IMG/VR virus record: IMGVR_UViG_3300019371_000141
DNA: 20,000 nucleotides
Reading direction: 5' to 3' (one strand)
Source: an uncultured virus (IMG/VR IMGVR_UViG_3300019371_000141)
Taxonomy: Duplodnaviria; Heunggongvirae; Uroviricota; Caudoviricetes
A program made the position numbers and the translations under genes. Shown here one piece after another: positions 16,119-20,000 of the stretch. Below the pieces are notes generated by a model. That model did no database searches, was not told the origin of the DNA, and worked only from the letters and a program-made list of their open reading frames with translations. Positions within the stretch are counted from its first letter, which is position 1, and every line of letters begins with the position of its first letter.

Positions 16119-17747
16119 ATGGCGAGAACAGTAGCAGCTACAGAGCTGGCCCCGAACATTACTCTGATCCCGGCAAAAAGGAGAATGAACACAGAGTTTG
16201 ATTCCATAGGAATAAGAAAGCGTGTGGCAGCATACTGCAGGGTATCGACCGAGGAGGACAACCAGCAGAATTCCTATGCCACACAGGTCAACTACTACAC
16301 GGAGCTTATCACATCGCATCCTGACTGGGATCTGGTCGGGATATTTGCGGACGAGGGCATAAGCGGTACACAGATGACAAAGAGAGCAGAGTTCAAGAAA
16401 ATGATAAAACTCTGCAGGCGGAAGAAGATAGACCTTATTTTATGCAAATCAATCAGTAGATTTGCCCGCAATACAGTAGATTGCTTAGACACTGTAAGGG
16501 AGTTGAAAGCCCTCGGCATTAACGTGAAATTCGAGAAGGAGAACATTGAAACCCTGTCAGCGACCAGTGAATTCACCATATCCCTGTACGCATCCTTTGC
16601 GCAGGCTGAATCAGAGTCGATAAGCAAGAATGTCACATGGGGAATAGAGAAAGCATTTCAGGAAGGCAGGGTGCGCTACGTCCTGCACCAGACACTTGGC
16701 TACCGGGCAGGCGAGGACGGAAAGCCTGTGATAGTAGAGGATGAGGCAAAGACGGTGAGGCTTATCTTCAAAATGTTCGCAGAAGGCCACAGCATGGGCG
16801 AGATAGCGACCTATCTGACTGAAAATGCGATCCCGAAAAGAAACGGTGATAAAAAGTGGAACAGGACGAATGTGCAGGTAGTCTTACAGAATGAAAAGTA
16901 TGTCGGTGATGCGATACTTCAGAAAACCTACACTGTGGACTGCCTTACGCATGAGAGGGCGAAGAACACAGGACAGAAGCCCCAGTATTACATCCGGGAT
17001 TGCCACGAAGCCATCGTTGACCGGGATACCTGGGACAGGGTGCATCTGGAGTTTGCCAGAAGGAGCGCTGAAACAAAAAGCACCCACCCTGGCAGGAAAT
17101 ACGTCACGAAATACTGCTTATCAGATATTCTCATCTGCCCGCACTGCGGAGCAACATTCAAGCGAACCATGTGGAAAAGCTACGGCAGAAACGTGCCTGT
17201 ATGGCGCTGCGGAAACAGACTGGAACACGGTAAGAAGATCTGCACCAGAGGGGTATCGGTTCATGAGGACAGACTGCACAGAGCGGTGCTTAAGATCATA
17301 AACGATATGATCAGCAACAGCGATGCTTTAAGGAAAGCAATCGAAGAAACGATGAGCAGATACAGAGAAGAATTAACAGGCCTTGAAACGGAAATCACAG
17401 AACTCACATCCGAGGTGGAGAAAATCGAAACAAAGCGTGAAGAGATACTTGCAATGATTACAGGAAGCAGTTTTGAAATCTTCAAGGACGAACTAAAATC
17501 CCTGAATAGCCTGGAATATGAAAGCAGGGACAGGCTTGAAAAACTCCAGATACGGAAGGATGCGATACAGCTGGATATTAAGAAGGCTTTGGCGGCAAGA
17601 GAGATTTTCATAACCACGCCGCCGTTGACTTCCTTTGAAGATGCCACTATCCGCAACCTTGTGGAGAAGATAGAAATGGGGAAGAAAAATGAGATCACTG
17701 TCATCTTCCGGGGCGGAGTCGAAGTTATAGGGGAAATAGAAAAATAA
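16119..17747 (+). CDS. Large serine recombinase 2, 542 aa
   Basis: RBS GAGGAGG 16106-16112 favours ATG 16119. Motifs RVAAYCRVST, KSISRFARN, LGY...VLQNEKYVGD...HEAIVD, Zn ribbon CPHCG...WRC...C, coiled coil. Confidence 0.95.
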   Translation: MARTVAATELAPNITLIPAKRRMNTEFDSIGIRKRVAAYCRVSTEEDNQQNSYATQVNYYTELITSHPDWDLVGIFADEGISGTQMTKRAEFKKMIKLCRRKKIDLILCKSISRFARNTVDCLDTVRELKALGINVKFEKENIETLSATSEFTISLYASFAQAESESISKNVTWGIEKAFQEGRVRYVLHQTLGYRAGEDGKPVIVEDEAKTVRLIFKMFAEGHSMGEIATYLTENAIPKRNGDKKWNRTNVQVVLQNEKYVGDAILQKTYTVDCLTHERAKNTGQKPQYYIRDCHEAIVDRDTWDRVHLEFARRSAETKSTHPGRKYVTKYCLSDILICPHCGATFKRTMWKSYGRNVPVWRCGNRLEHGKKICTRGVSVHEDRLHRAVLKIINDMISNSDALRKAIEETMSRYREELTGLETEITELTSEVEKIETKREEILAMITGSSFEIFKDELKSLNSLEYESRDRLEKLQIRKDAIQLDIKKALAAREIFITTPPLTSFEDATIRNLVEKIEMGKKNEITVIFRGGVEVIGEIEK

Positions 17748-17770
17748 GCAAGAGATAAGAATCGGCAGAG

Positions 17771-17810
17771 GGCGGGTGTGTCAGTGTATGGCAGCCTGCC
17801 ATCGTTTTTT
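17771..17810 (+). terminator. Probable intrinsic terminator of the recombinase operon
   Basis: GGCGGGT-G-TGTCA / TGGCA-GCCTGCC imperfect stem (17771-17800) followed by ATCGTTTTTT. Confidence 0.6.
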
Positions 17811-17910
17811 GTGTCAAATCAAATATGGAGTTTCTTAAAATGCGCAAAAACAGAGAAAACACAATAGTTATGTGCTTTAACATATATAGTCGACCAATAA
17901 AAACCGAATA

Positions 17911-17937
17911 TTCGCAGTAAATCATAAATACTGCGAA
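17911..17937. repeat. Perfect 9-bp inverted repeat in an AT-rich intergenic region
   Basis: TTCGCAGTA (17911-17919), 9-nt spacer, TACTGCGAA (17929-17937). Confidence 0.7.
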
Positions 17938-18010
17938 AAATCTGTTAGACAGTTTTATTATTCGCTTGTAAACAGTTTATTACGGCAGTCTGAAATTTTT
18001 ATTCGGCATA

Positions 18011-18039
18011 TTGACAAAATTGCTCTTAAGGAGTATAAT
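18011..18039 (+). promoter_or_regulatory. Consensus sigma-A/70 promoter of the AbiE-like operon
   Basis: TTGACA (18011-18016), 17 bp, TATAAT (18034-18039). Confidence 0.9.
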
Positions 18040-18091
18040 AACAAAAACGAAGTATAATACATCTGAAATGTATCGAAAGGAGGAACTGGAA

Positions 18092-18733
18092 ATGAAACAG
18101 GTCGATATTGTTTATGATTATCTGAAGAACAATTATAAGGATAACGAACCTATCTTTTTATCCGAGATTGCTGTTCCCGGAATGAAAGAAGTTTCGGTTC
18201 GCCAGCAGTTAAAGAAACTTACTGAAGACGGAAGAATCAAAAGATTTGATACAGGGATTTACTATATTCCCAGAAAAACAATGTTTAAATCCGGCTCCGT
18301 TCTTTCTGTGGATGAAGTCATCAGAAAGAAATATCTTACAGACGGGGATGCCCGGTGTGGATATGTAAGCGGTATAATGTTTGCCAACCGGCTCGGCCTT
18401 ACGACACAGGTTCCGATGGTATATGAGGTATGCACCAATAAAGCTACAACGGATTACAGGGATGTGCAGCTTGGAAACTTCAGAGTAATAGTAAGAAGAC
18501 CGTATGCGCGGATAAATGATGAAAATGCGACTATACTTCAGTTTTTGGACTTTATGAGAGAAGTAACAGATGTGTCAGAGGTTGAAGGGGAAGAACTGAC
18601 AGTCAGGCTGCTTGCTTATCTTAAGGCGAAGAACATCAGGTTTGACGCCTTTAAGCCGTATCTTTCATTTTATCCTGACAGAATTTATAAAAATATGTAC
18701 GAGGTGGGGTTGTTGAATGGCACTGCTACATGA
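18092..18733 (+). CDS. AbiEi-like type IV antitoxin / transcriptional regulator (DUF6088-like), 213 aa
   Basis: RBS AAGGAGG 18077-18083, ATG 18092. wHTH-like N-terminus (VRQQLKKLTEDGRIKRFDTGIYYIP) and motif GYVSG...ANRLGLTTQVP. Directly upstream of and overlapping an AbiEii-like gene. Confidence 0.85.
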   Translation: MKQVDIVYDYLKNNYKDNEPIFLSEIAVPGMKEVSVRQQLKKLTEDGRIKRFDTGIYYIPRKTMFKSGSVLSVDEVIRKKYLTDGDARCGYVSGIMFANRLGLTTQVPMVYEVCTNKATTDYRDVQLGNFRVIVRRPYARINDENATILQFLDFMREVTDVSEVEGEELTVRLLAYLKAKNIRFDAFKPYLSFYPDRIYKNMYEVGLLNGTAT

Positions 18734-19640
18734 AAGAAAAGAAGACTTTTTTGATGCCATAAATCTGGCGAGTCAAAAATATAACATAATCCCTGCGGTT
18801 GTTGAAAAGGATTATTATGTCACGATGATTCTCAGAGAACTTTCTGAACGGCTTGACTACATTGTATTTAAAGGCGGTACATCTCTTTCAAAATGCCACA
18901 AGGTAATAAAGAGATTTTCAGAGGATATTGATATTACAATTGACCATAAGCTTTCTCAGGGACAGATGAAGAAGCTAAAAGAAGCTATCAAATCTGTGGC
19001 TGAGAAACTGAACCTGAGAATACCCAATATTGATGATACCCGCAGCCGGCGGAGCTATAACCGTTATATTCTTGAGTACGATTCTGTTGTTTCCGAACCG
19101 GACGATGCTATCCAGACCGCTGTTCTGATGGAAACTTCATTTGCTGAAATATCATTCCCGACTGTTCTTTTGCCTGTCCACAGCTATATTGGAGACATGA
19201 TGGCAGAGGAAGCACCGGAAGAAGTGGAAGAATACAGACTGGATCCGTTTGAAATGAAGGTACAGGGAATTGACCGAACCCTTGTGGACAAGGTGTTTGC
19301 CATCTGTGACTATTACCTTCAGGACAGGGTGAAAAAGCACTCAAGGCATATCTATGATATTTATAAGCTGCTGGCGATTGTAAAACAGGATGCCGGGTTT
19401 AGGCAACTTGTCTGCGAAGTCAGGACAGAACGAGCAAAAACCAGTATTTGTCCTTCCGCACAGCCAGAGGTAGATGTTCCGGAACTGCTGAATCTCCTTG
19501 TGGATAAGAATATTTACAGAGATGATTACGAGAGCATCACATCCAGAATCCTTGAAGAACAGGTATCGTATGATACTGCGATAGAGGCGGTAAAAACTAT
19601 TGCAAAATCCGGGATGTTCGCTATAAACACGGACAACTGA
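18717..19640 (+). CDS. abiEii: AbiEii/AbiGii-family nucleotidyltransferase toxin, 307 aa
   Basis: Motifs VEKDYYV, VFKGGTSLSK, RFSEDIDI, RTLVDK and RHIYDIY. RBS GAGGTG 18701-18706. Confidence 0.9.
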   Translation: MALLHERKEDFFDAINLASQKYNIIPAVVEKDYYVTMILRELSERLDYIVFKGGTSLSKCHKVIKRFSEDIDITIDHKLSQGQMKKLKEAIKSVAEKLNLRIPNIDDTRSRRSYNRYILEYDSVVSEPDDAIQTAVLMETSFAEISFPTVLLPVHSYIGDMMAEEAPEEVEEYRLDPFEMKVQGIDRTLVDKVFAICDYYLQDRVKKHSRHIYDIYKLLAIVKQDAGFRQLVCEVRTERAKTSICPSAQPEVDVPELLNLLVDKNIYRDDYESITSRILEEQVSYDTAIEAVKTIAKSGMFAINTDN

Positions 19641-19675
19641 ACCATTATATACAAAGCGTAGAAAACTGATTATTT

Positions 19676-19750
19676 GCCCGCTCTGTGGCTTTCTTACTTA
19701 TCAGGAGTTATTTCTGATAGCAAAGAAAGTCGCATGGCGGGCTTCTTTTT
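19676..19750 (+). terminator. Long hairpin terminator after abiEii
   Basis: GCCCGC/GCGGGC, TGTGGCTTTCTT/AAGAAAGTCGCA and TTATCAGGA/TTCTGATAG stacked stems (19676-19742) followed by TTCTTTTT. Confidence 0.75.
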
Positions 19751-20000
19751 ATCTATTATCCGGGCTTATCCAAAATTCAGATGTACATTTTCCGACCATC
19801 TCAACCAACCCGCCACCCCTCGCAAACCCTTATAAAACAACACTTTCCGTGATTTCATAGATATTGTGGGGCAAATAATCGCGTGGTTTACGATGAATAA
19901 GGATGTGGGGACTTCTGGGATGGGGGTGAAGACGGTGGCTTCGCCCTTTAAATTACGCACCTCAGGCTCTGTAGGATTATACGATTCCTATATAACTACA

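Larger units (their letters stand above)
1..19750 (+). mobile_element. Prophage (siphovirus-like): tail, lysis, integration and accessory modules; extends beyond the left edge of the window
   Basis: Co-oriented, tightly packed tail chaperone, tape measure, tail, holin, endolysin and serine recombinase genes. The right boundary (att) was not identified, so the end coordinate is approximate and the inclusion of the AbiE pair is inferred. Confidence 0.9.

Noticed and set aside
19766..19960. 64-aa minus-strand ORF
   Set aside because: GTG start without a properly spaced RBS and no recognisable motif; probably spurious.
1..20000. CRISPR array, tRNA/rRNA genes, IS transposase, or alternative genetic code
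   Set aside because: No regularly spaced repeats, cloverleaf or rRNA-like sequence, or transposase motifs seen. All major genes are uninterrupted in the standard code.

Overview
This is the right-hand part of a temperate, long-tailed (siphovirus-like) prophage. The host is probably a Clostridia/Bacillota bacterium, inferred from strong GGAGG ribosome-binding sites, sigma-A-type promoters and the gene families present. The window opens with the end of the tail assembly chaperone, which has a clear -1 programmed frameshift signal (A_AAA_AAC plus a hairpin). An antisense Fic-domain 'moron' follows, with its own consensus promoter, operator-like repeats and terminator. Next are the tape measure protein (with an unusual ~30-aa repeat expansion near its C-terminus) and a Tal/hub-spike-like protein placed directly after it, with no room for a distal tail (Dit) gene. 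A three-gene tail appendage module follows: a ~22-aa-periodic 756-aa protein, a 751-aa beta-propeller protein and a 137-aa beta-rich subunit. The lysis cassette has two membrane proteins and an amidase endolysin, followed by a stand-alone NlpC/P60-like protein. The window ends with a serine-recombinase triplet (large, small non-catalytic, large) and an AbiE-like type IV toxin-antitoxin pair. No rRNA, tRNA, CRISPR array or reverse transcriptase was seen. The most novel-looking candidate is the tail appendage module at 6442-11410, which may be a templated, segmented fibre; this is inference and untested. All family calls come from motif recognition by eye, with no database searches.
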